Positions 1 through 13,600 of a DNA stretch of 64,000 bases are shown here, piece by piece; positions within the stretch are counted from its first letter, which is position 1, and every line of letters starts with the position of its first letter. This DNA is from Octopus sinensis (lineage: Eukaryota), in NCBI RefSeq assembly GCF_006345805.1, contig NC_042997.1, positions 162,626,001-162,690,000 on the forward strand, in the 5' to 3' direction. Both the position numbers and the translations under genes were made by a program. Below the pieces are notes generated by a model. The model had not been told where the DNA came from. It saw only the letters and a list, made by a program, of their open reading frames with translations, and searched no databases.

Positions 1-1089
1 ATGTTATATGATTAAATTATATAGAAGCTAAAGATAAGTAAATGAAATGAAATTAATAAAAAAATAACATTTGAAAAGTTTCAACTTCAGTAGATACTAA
101 TTACTCTAATTATGTAATGAACAGATATTCTCATGCGAAGCATCCTGTTGTATATTTTACATTTATTTAGATTTTCTGTTGTAAAGCCAGAGTTAATTTA
201 ATAACTAAAATCACTCTTGTTGGAATTTCTGTTGCAAATTATTTGCGTTAATTAATGGCCTGTGTGAATTAAACGTCTAAGTGGTTCTTTCAAAAATCTT
301 GGTGAGATGATACAACACTTTCCCACCTTAAAATTTCAGTAGAATATTAATATTTTAACATAGTTAAATGTGAGAATCATAGGAGAAATACATACTAAAT
401 AAATTTGCATTATGCTGAGCCAACAACAGAGCCATTGTGTTTATGTGGACGTTCAGTCTACTGGAAGTAGCTGTCACATCTCCTTCAAATCGCTCTTATA
501 AACGAGGTAGGATGTATTGGGCAGGATAGCATGGTCACAGATGGAATGTTGTCGATCATATGTCTGTTCAGTCAAGCTAACCTGTGACTGACTAATCAAC
601 ATGTATTATGTAATTACTAAAAACATATTTTAATGCTGCTGTTCATCATCACCATCATCATCATTGCCATCATCATCACTATCGTCATCATCACAACCAA
701 TACCCAGTACCACCACTATCATCATTATCATTAATAATATCATGGCAACAAGCTGGCAGAGTCATTAGCACTCCAGCCAAAATGCTTAGTGACATTTTGT
801 TCACCTTTATGTTCTGAGTTCAAAATTCACCAAGATCAACTTTGCCTTTCACCTTTTCAGGGTCAATCAAATAAGTACCAATTGAGCACCAGGGTTGATG
901 TAATTGACTCTCCACAAAATTATTGGCCTTGTGACAAAATCTGAAACCATTATTATTATCATTATTAAGATGGCAAGCTAGTAGAATCATTAACATGATG
1001 GACAAAATGCTGAGTAACATTTTGCCTGTCTTTATATTCTCAGTTCAAATTTTGTCACGGTCACCTTTGCCTTTCATTTTATTATCATT

Positions 1090-2322
1090 ATTTTGAATTT
1101 ATGAAGTTAACAGAGATGTTTCTTTGTATTTAAATGCAGGAAACATTTTGTTGAAGCTGTAGCTTTTGTTAATTTTTGATGGTAAGAAAATCGCCATTGG
1201 CTTCAATCACAGCCTCTGGATGACTTCAGAATCTCCTGTAACTCTTCTGGATGGTCTCCTTGTTTAAGTTGGTGAATGCTGCCATAATCCTTGCCTTCAG
1301 TTCATCTTTGGTGTTACAAGGAGTTTTATTTGCGCCCCACACATAATAACCAAGGGGTTTACGGTCTGGGGAGTTAGGTGGCCAGATGTTAGTGATGATG
1401 TGGTGGTTGCAGAAATTGTCTGATAGCCATGACTGGGTTCTCCTGCTTGTGTGGCATGGTACTGTGTCCTGTTGCTAGACATAGGGTCTTCCAGCAGCCA
1501 CCCTCTTGACCCAGGGCAGCACTACCACCTCCAGGCACTTGATGTAGGCCTCCATGTTGAGTGTTAGGCTGTGTGGGAAGATGAATAGAGGCATAACATC
1601 GCCATCACTAGTGGTCACTTCAGACACTTTGATGTTGAATGGATGTTTGATTTTTATCACTTTTGGTGCATATTTTGGGATGATGGCAAACCAACAGTAT
1701 TTCTGTGTTCATCATCTGATCCTGGCTGAAATTTTTCTCTGAGAAAAACCAAAGCATGTTCTTTTGGAAGGGATGCTCAAGTTTGTTCAAAAGCTTCATA
1801 GCATGATCTTTCCTCTTGCCCTTGATGGTTTGGGATAAAAATTGGCCCTTTCTCATCTTGTATGAGGAATACTAAATGTTTTCATGCACTACCTGCCTGA
1901 TAAGAAACTTGACACTCCCATATCCCTGACTTGCAGGAATCGTTGTCAATCATGGCTTCAATCTCATCAACAAATTTAGGAGTTCTTTTCTTATCAGAAC
2001 AATCAGAGTGAGTTTTCTGAGCTGCCATACCTTTGTAATCACCATTAGACTCATCCAACTCTTTCTGAATCTTCTGAACTGTTCTCAGATTGACCCCCAA
2101 ACACTCTAAAATGTTCATATTGGAGCATCTGGCACAGATGCCAAGCAGTACAGCATGTGATTTCCAAATTTCTGGCAGAGTGAATTGCATCATGGTGTTG
2201 TTTTTCTCACAGACAGTGCCCAACTGACCCTACTATACTGTGTAGTCGACAAAATCAAAAACCAACAATGTGCATACACAAAATAAAATATAAAATAGCA
2301 ACAGTTTACTCATTGCAAAGTG
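1090..2322 (-). mobile_element. Decayed Tc1/mariner-superfamily (maT/DD37D-like) transposase pseudogene
   Basis: Frameshifted fragments on minus strand: HTH-like N-terminus (ORF 1882-2223), WFFS-EKNF, TSDGDVMP..F, YV*QQDTVPCH, WPPNSPD; ends approximate. Confidence 0.75.
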
Positions 2323-3999
2323 TGTTTTTTAACCCCATAGCCATGCCTGCACCTATTTCTTAACCATATATCATGATCAGTATTTGCTTTGTGTACAGCA
2401 TGATTTGGGATGATTAATTACATCTAGGCAACTTCAGTCGCAAAATACACTAGTCACTTTAGTGTACATCACAGGAGAATAATTTCTCCCTTCTGAAGAT
2501 GACACTGTGTTCTACACACTCAGCTCATTGGCACATGACATCCAGGGACACCATCATCATAAAAGAGAGAAGTTATTCCCCTATGATGTATGGTACAGGG
2601 ACCAGCATATTTTGAATCTAAACCTGCCTAGACATATTAAGATTAAATATGCACGTAAAAAACACCATTCAAGCTTGATTGTTACACGCGTTGCCTTACT
2701 GGCACTTGTGCTGGTGGCACATGAAAAATATTGGAGCGAGGTCGTTGCCAGTGCCACTGGACTGGCTCCTGTGCAGGTGGCACATAAAAAGCACCATTTG
2801 AGCATGGCCATTGCCAGTACTGCCAGACTGGCCCTCATGCCGGTGGCATGTAAAAGCACCCACTACACTCTCAGAGTGGTTGGCGTTAGGAAGGACATCC
2901 AGCTGTAGAAACTCTGCCAGATCAGATTGGAGTCTGGTGCGGCCATCTGGTTCGCCAAACCTCAGTCAAATCTTCCAACCCATGCTAGCATGGAAAGCAG
3001 ACGTTAAACGATGATGATGATGCAATTAATAATTAGTAATAAATATTTAATTAGTAATGTGTGTGTGTGTGTTTGTTCTGCCCACTGTTGGATAACTGGT
3101 ATTGCTTAAATTCTCCTTAACTTTGTGGTTTGACAAGAGAATCTAATGGAATAAGTACCTAACTATATTAAAGAAAAAAAAAACAATTGTTGATTTGTTT
3201 GACTTAAACCTTCAATGTGGTACTCCAGAATGGCTGCAGTCTAATGACTGAAACATCTAAAGTAAAAGATAAATTCTCTCTAATCTGATTAATAATTAAT
3301 AATCATAAATTCTATCTAATATGATTAATAATTCATAATGATTAGGCTGGTTTCCATTCACCACTCTGATTTTGATTAACTGATTCGTTTTCTGGCAAAT
3401 GTTAAAGTTTGCTATTTGAGATAGTTGAGAGATCCTAACTATTACCATTCTTAAATCCTGGATTTCTTCCAAAACAGTATCTATCATATTTCTACTGCTC
3501 AGTATTTTTAGATATCTGGAATAAAGTTTGCACATTTTCTCCAAAGTGATTTGCTGTAATCTGAAGAATTGTCTTTGGTTAAAAAATGAGGCTATGTAGT
3601 TCAAAAGTAGTTTGCGTGCATTGTGATGGAAAATAAATGTTTGAGGAAGTTTTATTTTGGGAGGAATATTATAGAGAAGTTCATTATATTTGACATCAAA
3701 TATTATTTTGGTACTAAAATTATTCTTGGAATTGCTTATTAGTCACATAATTGCTATTCATTTTTCTATGCACAATTGTTTGTTCATTTGACCATCAAAG
3801 CTGCTAAAGGGTGGTCAGCCTTAGTTCAAAACCCACTGAGATGTACTTTGACATTCATCTCTCTGTGGTCAATAGATAAAGTTCAAGGTGGATTCCAGAG
3901 TCTATATAATCTATTGCTTCTCACCCCACCTTGAAAAATATACTCATAGAATATTAATAAACTTCTATTCCTTTGCCAAAATTATTATATTAAAAGCAA

Positions 4000-4957
4000 T
4001 TTCATCATTTACATTTGACGGATATTTGTCCTCATCTTGTTTGTTGTTAACACAACGTTTCAGCTGATATACCCTCCAGCCTTCTTCAGGTGTCTTGGGG
4101 AAATTTCAAACCTGGGTTCTCATTCCTAACGTATTTTTCGATGTTGTTGTTATTATTATTATTGTTGTTCAGGTCACTGCTTGGAATCAAACTCAGAATC
4201 TTGGGGTTATTAGCTCGTACTCTTAACCACTATGCTATATGCTCATGGGCAATTATGGAGTGAATTTTAGGGTTTATAAATCTAACATTTTTCTATCTTT
4301 CCTTAATACCGGTTCCCATATACTGTTCATATTTGCACTTGGTCTGCTTAGGAGGTTGCTGTGTCCTAGCACTTGTGCTGCTTCTTTTAGTTTTCGTATT
4401 TTCCAGTGGTGTTCTCTGTCTATTATTTTAACTTCATCCCCTAGAACGAGGTGATCTCCATTTTTCTATACATGATCAGCTATACCCAATTTATCAATAT
4501 CTCCTCGTATCACAGCTTTGCGATGTTCGTCTACCCTTATTTTGTTGGGGTGGCATGTTTCGCCTTTGTATAACCTACTACAGCTGCATGGGATGGAGTA
4601 CATGCAGTCTTTGGTCATATTCTCTTCTGTTGGTGGTTTTACTCGAAGAAGATATTTGCAAAGTGTTGTATTACTCTTTAAGATTGTCCTGATGTCATAT
4701 GGGCCGCATATCTTTTGTATCTTTTTAGAGAGGCCTTTCACATAGGGTAGACAGACTGTGGACAGTTTATTGGCCTCATCCTCTCTCTTCTTCATAATTG
4801 GAGTGGATAGTATACTTTTGGGGTAGTTGTTGCTTAACAGATTGTTATTGATCTTGATCACTTCTTTTTGATGTGTATCATGAATGCTACTTATATTCTT
4901 TGCTCAATAACGCTCTGTTAAGCAACAACTACCCCAAAAGTATATTATCCACTCCAA
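4000..4957 (-). mobile_element. Penelope-like retroelement 3' fragment (RT-tail LPYV + GIY-YIG endonuclease) with 5' inversion and downstream hammerhead
   Basis: ORF 4466-4861: NNYPKS..LPYVKGLS..MYSIPCSCSRLYKGET..RVDEH; inverted copy 4798-4841/4914-4957. Confidence 0.85.
4049..4094 (-). ncRNA. Minimal type I hammerhead ribozyme in Penelope 3' region
   Basis: Minus strand GACAC-CUGAAGA-A-GGCUG...CAGCU-GAAA-CG-UU-GUGUU: stem I GACAC/GUGUU, stem II GGCUG/CAGCU, palindromic stem III ACGU. Confidence 0.8.
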
Positions 4958-5154
4958 TGTCTGTCCCCCAGCCATTGCGTGACAACCATTGCTGGTGTGT
5001 GTTTATGTCCATGTAACTTAGCGGTTCAGCAAAAGAGCCTGATAGAATAAGTACTAGGCTTACAAAGAATAAGTCCTGGGGTCAGTTTCTTCAACTAACA
5101 CCCTTGAAGGCGGTGCTCCACAGCCAAATGACTGAAACAAGTAAAAGAACAAAA

Positions 5155-5191
<37 letters not shown>

Positions 5192-5714
5192 GATTCCACA
5201 CAATTTCCACCTATCAAATTTATTCACAAGGTATTTGGTTGGCTCTGGGCTTTGGTAGAAGACACTTGCCCAAGGTGTTGCACAGTAGAACTGAACCTGA
5301 AACCGCATGATTTCAAAGTGAGCTTCTTAACCACCTAGCCATCCCTGCACCTATCTAAAATCATAAAATATTTTATATTCACCTTCCATTTATTTTGTAA
5401 GATATCAAAATTTTCATTGCATTACTGTGCATACCTAGTTACTAACATGAGTCCACAGTGACTGCAATGGATTTGTGTCAGTAACCAGGTTATACAGTGG
5501 TGTTATAAAATATAAACATAATAGTTTTTATCTTGTTTCTTTTGATAGTTGAAATGACTCTTGCACACAACACAAGATCTCAGACCAAATCACTTGCCAA
5601 ACAAGTACAACTTTGATCTTATTTAAATATTTATTTTTATTCATGTAATTGAGGCATATCCATATATTGCCGTAAAACAACCAAGGGTTGAACTTTACTA
5701 CTATTGTCTGCGAA

Positions 5715-5940
5715 AGGCGAGCTGGCAGAAACGTTAGCACGCCAGGCGAAATGCTTTGCAGTATTTCGTCTGCCACTGCGTTCTGAGTTCACAATCTGAC
5801 AAGGTCAACTTTGCCTTTCATCCTCTCGGGGTCGATAAATTAAGTACCAGTTATGCACTGGGGTCGATGTAATCGACTTAACCGGTTTGTCTGTCCTTGT
5901 CTGTCCCCTCTATGTTTAGCTCCTTGTGGGTAGTAAAGAA
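5715..5940 (+). mobile_element. tRNA-headed SINE (family recurring across the window, e.g. ~745-940, 6930-7140 minus, 40180-40560)
   Basis: GGCGAGCTGGCAGAA A-box-like start, GTTCTGAGTTCA B-box-like motif, shared ctttgcctttcatcc...taagtaccag core. Confidence 0.7.
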
Positions 5941-6579
5941 ATATACTATTGTCTGCTTACAGAATGTATGATGAGAGAGAACTCTGACAAACTAATAATC
6001 ATGATGGGCTTTCTCATTGAAGATAACTTATGAGTGTTCAGCTTTTGCTGTATGACCAGCACAAATGATTTGTCTATTGTGATCAAATGCATGTGCCATA
6101 CATTAGATCACTCCCTCCATTGAAGCAACATGACCTGAACAGATGCATGGTGTACCACATGTCAGGTGCCAAAGTGATTGCAGAGCAACGTGATTGAATT
6201 GTTTTGCTCAAGAACACAACACACCACCTGGTCTAGGAACTGAAACTACGATCTTGCAATCATGAGTGCAACACCCTAACCATTAGGCCATGCATCCTCA
6301 CTGGATACAATGATGATGATGTTGATGACAATTTCAAATTTTGACACAAGGCTGGCAAGTTCATGGGAGTGGGGTAGGTTGATTACATGCCCCCCCCCCT
6401 TCTCAATTGGTACTTATTTTATCAATCTCAAAAGGATGAAAGGCAAAGTCGTCCTTGGCGGCATTTGAACTCAGAACATATGGACAGAAGAAATGCCACT
6501 AAACATTTTTCCCAGCACAGTAACAGTTCTGTCAGCTTGCCGCCTTAATAATAATAAGAATATTATTATTCTTGATAGT

Positions 6580-6921
6580 AACAAGAGCACTCAGTGAGTG
6601 CAAACCTCCATCGAGACAACACCAACATCCTCTCAACGATTAGCCAGAGATGATTTTTAAAATGAGAATATCTGAAATAAACTCGACTGCTCTCACAAAC
6701 CCGACCAATCTCAAAAATTAAGTAAAAAAGATGGAAAAATAATCCAGAATCCTTGTCCGGTACCATATCGATACCAAAATCTAATCAGTTCATGCCAGTC
6801 ACAAGGCCAAACATCCCTGAAGGTTTCATCCAAATCCATCCAGCTGTTCTTGAGATATCTTGTTTATGGACAAACAAACATAACTGAAAACAATACCTCC
6901 ACTTTCGCTAAGGTGGGATAA
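6580..6921 (+). mobile_element. Probable non-autonomous Helentron-associated (HINE/DINE-1-like) element
   Basis: Starts AACAAGAG, contains tttcatccaaatcc...gagatatc...gacaaacaaac, ends aacaatacctcc...aggtgggataat; family assignment from recalled pattern only. Confidence 0.45.
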
Positions 6922-7753
6922 TAATGGTTTCAAATTTTGCCACAGAGCAGGAATTTTGGGAGAGAGGATGAGTCGATTACATCAACCCCCGGCATTTAAC
7001 TGGTACTTACCTTATCGACCCTGAAGGGACGAAAGGCAAAGTCGACCTTGGCAGAATTTGAACTCAGAACGTAGTGATGGGCAAAATACCACCAAGCATT
7101 TTGTCCTGCGTGCTGATGATTCTGCCAGCTCGCCACCTTAATAATAATAATGATAATAATAATAAAGTGAAAATCAAATAAATAGTGCATGTATTTATTG
7201 ACAAAAGATGACCATCCTCGAATATAACTAGGTGAATAGTTGTATGTATCAATATTGTGAAGGTTAATAACCTACATTTATTGATTTAAATTTTACTGTC
7301 TCTGCTCATTTGTGTTGGCTATCTTTTAAAAGATGAGGTGGCCATGTTTCAGTTGGATAACATTGCTATGTAAAAACTGAACTGGGAAACTATTTTTCAA
7401 CAGTGAAGAATGATTATTTGTCAACAATTAGATCAAAGCCAGTTATGTTTTTTATATTCCTTGTTCAGGTGTGGCATTGTTTAAATAAATCCACATGCTA
7501 CGTATATAAACATAGTAGATGTGTCTGTACACATGTACGCTTATCCTGGTTGAGCAACAAAAATATGTGCACACATAAAAACACTCACACACACCACCTT
7601 CACCATCATCATCATCTTCCACTTGCCTTCCCTACTTGTATATAAATTGGATGGGTCATCATGTTCCCCTAGTCAGTTCTTATTAGTTATGGCTCTCATA
7701 AATTCATTGGCTAACCACATTTTGCCCATATATTTCATATAAACAGATATATA

Positions 7754-9997
7754 CAGTAGTGACCAAAATTAGAGAACAAGAATAAAAATTAAAGATATTT
7801 ACATTTCTACTTCATTTATCCAAATGGAATTTTTACTGTATATACTTTATAGTATGTTCATTCATCATCATCATCATTTAACGTCCGCTTTCCATGCTAG
7901 CATGGGTAGGATGATTTGACTGAGGGCTGGCGAACCAGATGGCTGCACCAGGCTTGAATCTTGATTTGGCAGAGTTTCTACAGCTGGATGCCCTTCCTAA
8001 TGCCAACCACTCTGAGAGTGTAGTGGGTGCTTTTTATGTGCCACTGGCACGAGGGCCAGTCAGGCGGTACTGGCAACAACCTCGCTCGAATCTTTTACAC
8101 ATGCCACCTGCACAGGTGCCAGTAAGGCATTATTTACAATAAATTTTGTAGGAAGTGATTAATAACTAAATGATTTATAATTGAGAAAATGTTTATAATA
8201 GGAAAGTACAAGATGGTTAAATTTAGAGAATGTATGATGTAAACTTCAAAAAGTAAAATCTGGTAACACTCCAACTGATGTAAACTAAGTTGACCTAACA
8301 GTATGAAGATTTATATTGAATGGTAGTGAATTAACAACCACAGAAAGCTGACATCATCATCATCGTTTAGCGTCCGTTTTCCATGCTAGCATGGGTTGGA
8401 CGGTTCAACTGGGGTCTGTGAAGCCAGAAGGCTTCATCAGGCCCAGTCAAATCTGGCAGTGTTTCTACGGCTGGATGCCCTTCCTAACGCCAACCACTCC
8501 GTGAGTGTAGTGGGTGCTTTTTACGTGCCACCCGCACTGGTGCCAGACAGAGCTGGCAAACGGCCACGAACGGATGGTGCTTTTTATGTGCCACCGGCAC
8601 GAGAGGCTGGCAACGGACACGAAACGGGGCGGTGCTGGCAACGGTCGCGAAACGGAAAGTTCTCTTACATGCCACCGGCACTGGTAACACATCTGCAATT
8701 TCCATTGATCGATTTCCATTGATCGATTTCCATTCTGATCGAAAGCTGACATAAAGCTGATAAAAGCCTAAGGAAGCTAGTGGTCACATCAAAGAAAGAA
8801 GGAATGGCAATTTCTGCTATTGCCAGAGACATTAACAGATCAAAGAGTGTTGTTTCAAGAATACTGAAATTTTATGATGCAACAAGCTCATTTGTGTCAT
8901 TAGAGAAATGCAGGAGACCATGGAAAACAAATGTTCAACAAGATCGTGTGCTTCAGAGGCTGACATTAAGAGATTGTTTTGATACTGCTCCAAGAATTTC
9001 TCACCAAGTAAATTGTGATTACTGAATGAATGTCTCTCGGAAGACGGAGGCTATGTTATTTGAGAGAAGTTGAACTTCATGCCCGTTCTCCCACAATTAA
9101 ACCTCTCATCAGTATGAAGAACCAAAAAGCGAGGTTAGTCTTTGCCAGTGAGCACATACTTTGGATAAATGACAACTGGTCGCATGTGTTCTTCAGTGAT
9201 GAAAGCATGTTCAATTTGTTTGGCTCTAATGGTTGACAGTACATGAGGCATTGTGAAGAAATCTGAAGTTTGGAGGTGGGTATTAAATGGTGTGGGGAAT
9301 GATTTCTGCAGCAGGTGTTGAGCCTTTTATCCTGATCCATAGTAATGTGAGTGCAGCCATATACAAAAACATCATTCTACAGCCTGTTGTGCCAGCTATG
9401 AGGTCATCTCTGATTCATCAACCAAACTTTATGCAGAACAATGCACCATGCCACAGTGCTAAAATAAGAGGTGTTTGAAGCTGTAAAAATTACTGTGATG
9501 CATTGGCCAGCTCAGAGCCCTGACCTTAAATCCCATTTAAAACTTATGGAAGATACTTGGTGATAAAATCAGAGAGCACCAACCTGTGAATGTTATGATT
9601 TTGTGGGAAAAACTACAGGAAGAATGAAATAAGATTATGCCAGAACTGTGTGAGAAATTGGCCAAATCCTATGGATGGAGGTGTGCTGAAGTCATTAAAA
9701 ATAAAGGAATGTACATATCTTATTAATGTATTGATGTGGATTGTAAAATTTTATGGCAAAATTTTGATTGCTTGAATTTTATGTCATATGTTCTCTAATT
9801 TTGCCTATCTTATATTTTTCAAATAAACATTCTTTTCTATTATAAATTATTTAGTTATTAATCATTTCCTACAAAACTTATAGTAAACAATGAACATACT
9901 ATAAAGTATATACAGTAAAAACACCATTCGGAAAAATGAAGTAGAAATGTAAATATCTTTATTCTTTACTTTCATTCTCTAATTTTGGCCACCACTG
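7754..9997 (+). mobile_element. Full-length decayed Tc1 (DD34E) transposon with long IR/DR-type TIRs and TA target duplication
   Basis: ta|CAGTAGTGACCAAAATTAGAGAA ... TTCTCTAATTTTGGCCACCACTG|ta; ~200 bp TIRs; transposase pieces AIARDINRSKSVVSRILK, RRPWKT, VFFSDES, VWGMIS, FMQNNAPCH, WPAQSPDL broken by stops and frameshifts. Confidence 0.93.
8355..8740 (-). mobile_element. RTE-tail-type retroposon with (GAT)n end inserted in the Tc1, 12-bp TSD
   Basis: GAAAGCTGACAT at 8343-8354 and 8741-8752; same family at ~2650-3022, 7862-8130, 31430-31785, 61441-61693, 62073-62705. Confidence 0.8.
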
Positions 9998-10544
9998 TAT
10001 ATATATATATATATATGTTTAATAAAAGCTGATGTAAATGTTGGTTAATTCCTTTAGTCATGCTTTACTTCATATACAGAAAGTGTGAAGAATGAGTAAA
10101 AGAGAAATGTAGAAAGAGTTAACATGCACATACTAGGCTTGGTGGCAGGCAGTGAATAAAGGAATGCTACAGACACAGTAAGAGAGAAAAAATTTTAGTA
10201 GTATTCCACTGAGGTCAAACTTGCTTTTCCTCCTTTTGGAGTTGATGAATTAAATACTAGTTGTGTACTGAGCTCAGTGTAATCAACTAACCTCCCCCAC
10301 TCCAAATTTCAGGCTCTGTGCCTCTAATAGAAAGGATTAGTAGTAGCAGTGGTGTTAGTAGTAGTGTTGCTGTTGACATTAGAGTATTAACTCTAATTTT
10401 TAAAAAATTTTTATTTCTAATTTTGTTTTCAGTTTCAGTCATATTATTGTTGTTGTTGCTTTTATCATAGAAGGTGCTGTTATTGTTATTAGAACAGTTA
10501 ATATTGGCATCAGTCACAGTAACATCAATGACATTACTACAATT

Positions 10545-10880
10545 ATAATCAAGGTTAGTAGAACTGCTATTATAAAATACTCTAGGATATGTACAGGTAT
10601 GGCCTAATTTTTGTCTATTAGAAGCTACAATTATGGAACCAAGATTAGGTGTTATAGAGTAAGAGAGCTTTATAGTGGAGATTAGACTACGGAATATTTG
10701 AAAGAAATTCTGATGTCTAATTTCTTTCCTTACCAATCCATTTTAACACTTTCATTATGAAGCTCTCTTACTCTACTACACCTAACCGGTGTTCTTTAAT
10801 CACAGCTTCTAATAGACAAAAATTTGGCTTTATCCATACATACCTTGGAGTAGCTTATAATGGAAGTTCTACTGGCCTTG
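10545..10880. mobile_element. Penelope-like linker fragment present as an inverted duplication
   Basis: Minus ORF TIKLSYSITPNLGSIIVASNRQKL and plus ORF MKLSYSTTPNRCSLITASNRQKF are diverged inverted copies; resembles the K(I/L)SYS..PN motif preceding Penelope GIY-YIG. Confidence 0.65.
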
Positions 10881-11913
10881 TCGATCAAATTGTAGTAGTA
10901 ATAATGATAATAATAGTGGTTTCGAATTTTGGCAAAGGACTAGTAGTTTTTGAGGGGAGGTGGAGAAGACAATTACATTGACCCCAGTATTTGACTGGTA
11001 CTTATTTTATTGACCCTGAAAGGATGACAAACAAAGTTGATCGCAATAGAATTTGAGCTCAGAACAGATGGATGAAATGCTGCGATTGGTTCAGCCAGCT
11101 CACTGCCTTAATAATAACAACAACACCGATATTGTTTTGATTAGTGCCAATATTAATTATACTAATGACTGTAATAGCATCTATGACTAAAAAAGAAACA
11201 GTTGTGGTTATTTTAGTTTTGATTTTATAACAAGATGTCTTTCCTGTCATTATTTCCAGTGGTTGAATAAATAGCAGAATGTCAGTGAGATAAATTATTG
11301 TTCATGAGATGTATCGTTGTTACTGTGCATATGTAAATCTATATATTAACAAATGTCAGCAGCATCAGTAGCATCATCATCTTTTAATGTCCATCTTCCA
11401 TACTGGCATAGGCTGGATGGTTTGACAGGATTTGACATATCTGGGGACTACATCATGTTTCAGTGTCTGCTTTGGTATGCTTTCTTTGGGTGTGTGCCCC
11501 TCCTAACACCAACTACTTTGTAAGGTGTATTGATGTTAATATGGTCATTTAGTTGTAGAAACCAAACCAAAGCAAAGATTGGAAGACGATTCGATCCTTG
11601 GACCCACTGAATCCTGCTAATATCTATAAAAGTTGTATATTTGGTATGTAGTGATATGAATTGTTAACACCATGGAAGAAGTTGAGTTATGTATAAGAAT
11701 ACAGGGGCTTATAAATAACGCAAGATCAAGTGAGATGGAAGGATGCTGCATTGCTTGCTCACCTATTCTACATATGCTTACCTGAAAACTGTAGATATTA
11801 AAACTATGATGAAAATTACAATTATAATTTTTTTCACTATTGACCACATTTCTAGTGATAAAAATTATTCTGGTGTGTGTGTGTATATATATATATATAG
11901 GGAGATGTATGTT

Positions 11914-11965
<52 letters not shown>

Positions 11966-13559
11966 ATCCAAACAAGAAAACATTAAAAAAAACACAGCAA
12001 CGCGAGGACGTGGAACAAATAAAGTATTATTGGACACTCAGGAAAGAAGGGAAGAAGGATATATATATGGGGAGAATTCACAAAAAAAACAAAAGACGAA
12101 GAGAGGTAGTGTAGAAAACAAACAGATGTATTAGTATAACGCTCAGGAATTGAAAAAGTCTTTAACATTTCGAGCCTATGCTCTTCCACAGAAAGAAACA
12201 AGGAGAGAAAAATGTGTGTAGTGGCTAGCGATCTATCATGGCGAATATGTATATATATATGAAATCATAAGTGTGGTCATTGCCTGTAGCATGATCTTCA
12301 AATATCAGGCCTCATGGAGGCAATGACAAGTGACCAAGATCTTTGGTAATATGCTGTGCTTGAGAAGACTCGTCAAGCCAAGTGAAAGTGTAGTCATGAC
12401 CGTTGCCAGTGTTATGTAAATGGCGCCTGTGTTGATGGCATGTAAAACACACCCATTACACTCTGAGTGGTTGGAATTAGGAAGAACATCCAGCCATAGA
12501 AACCATGCCAAATCAGACTAGAACCTGGTGCAGCCTTGCAGTCAAACTCTTTAACCCATGCCAGCATGGTAAGTAGACATTAAGTGATGATAATGAGGAT
12601 ATACATACATACACTCACACAACATAGGACTGGATTTGAACTAGGAATTTTTATTTATAAATTAAAATGCAAGTGTTAATGAAGTTCACATTACAACGAC
12701 ATGGCTTCATGGCTTCCACTGCACGACACCATGGCCAAGTGTTTTGTCTCAGGTTTTGTGAGTAAAATTGGTCAAAAAACTTCTCTCTCTCTCTCTCTCT
12801 CTCACACACATACACACACAAACTTGCACATGCTTGTATGTGAGTGAGTATTTATTTCTGTGTCTCTTGTGTGACCTGTTTGGGTTGTAGCAGTTTTATG
12901 TTTACATTTTCCATAAACAGTATATGGCCATAGCTCTTCAATTTCATTGGTTCTTTTCATATGAATTAATATAAACACCTGAAACACTTTAGATTAAAAT
13001 ATCAGTGTTATAACATTTATAATGTGTATGCAATGTTGAATGGCATAGCTGAAATATTTTGTCTCAGAGAAACATCTCCTCAAAGAGTCTTGTGTGTTAG
13101 AGACACAAGTCTTAGCTCAGATTGCCAACAGGTGGACAGACAAGGGTTTTGACCTGATGATTACCCCAGATGTCATGACTAGTGAAATAAAGACACCCTA
13201 CTTTAAAAAAATACAGGTAAGAGATGGCAATAGAAAAGCTTCTAGTCATATTAATGTTCAGGTGTATTAATGTCCTGTCAATCCTTATAGGAATGGAAAA
13301 AGTAATAAGAAATTTAGAGTAATGTATATATATCCAGGAATAATACAACCAAGAATAAGTGGAAATCAAACCATTTGAAATGTAGTGTGGATGTAAATAA
13401 TAAGTGTTTCATCTCTGAAGATTTGGTTATTAGTTTCCAAAAAAATATTTTCTCTGTTAACAGTTACTCATCTCAGATATTTAATCATTTATAAGAATGA
13501 TCATTTATATTTTTTTTGCTAGGTATTTTCACTAATTGAATTATGTTTTTTTGTCTTAG

Positions 13560-13600
13560 GTTGTCCTTGTGAATCAGGTTACAGATCTATATGCTGGAAG
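13560..13600 (+). CDS. TBC1D13: TBC1 domain family member 13 (Rab-GAP), internal coding exon (G)CPCESGYRSICWK
   Basis: ttag|GT...AAG|gtaagt, 41 nt; resembles vertebrate TBC1D13 GIPCEGGLRCLCWK as recalled; phase 0 end fits next exon. Confidence 0.88.

Noticed and set aside
1-13559. Search for TBC1D13 N-terminal coding exons
   Set aside because: No convincing AG..GT segment matching the expected first ~30 residues; probably upstream of the window or missed
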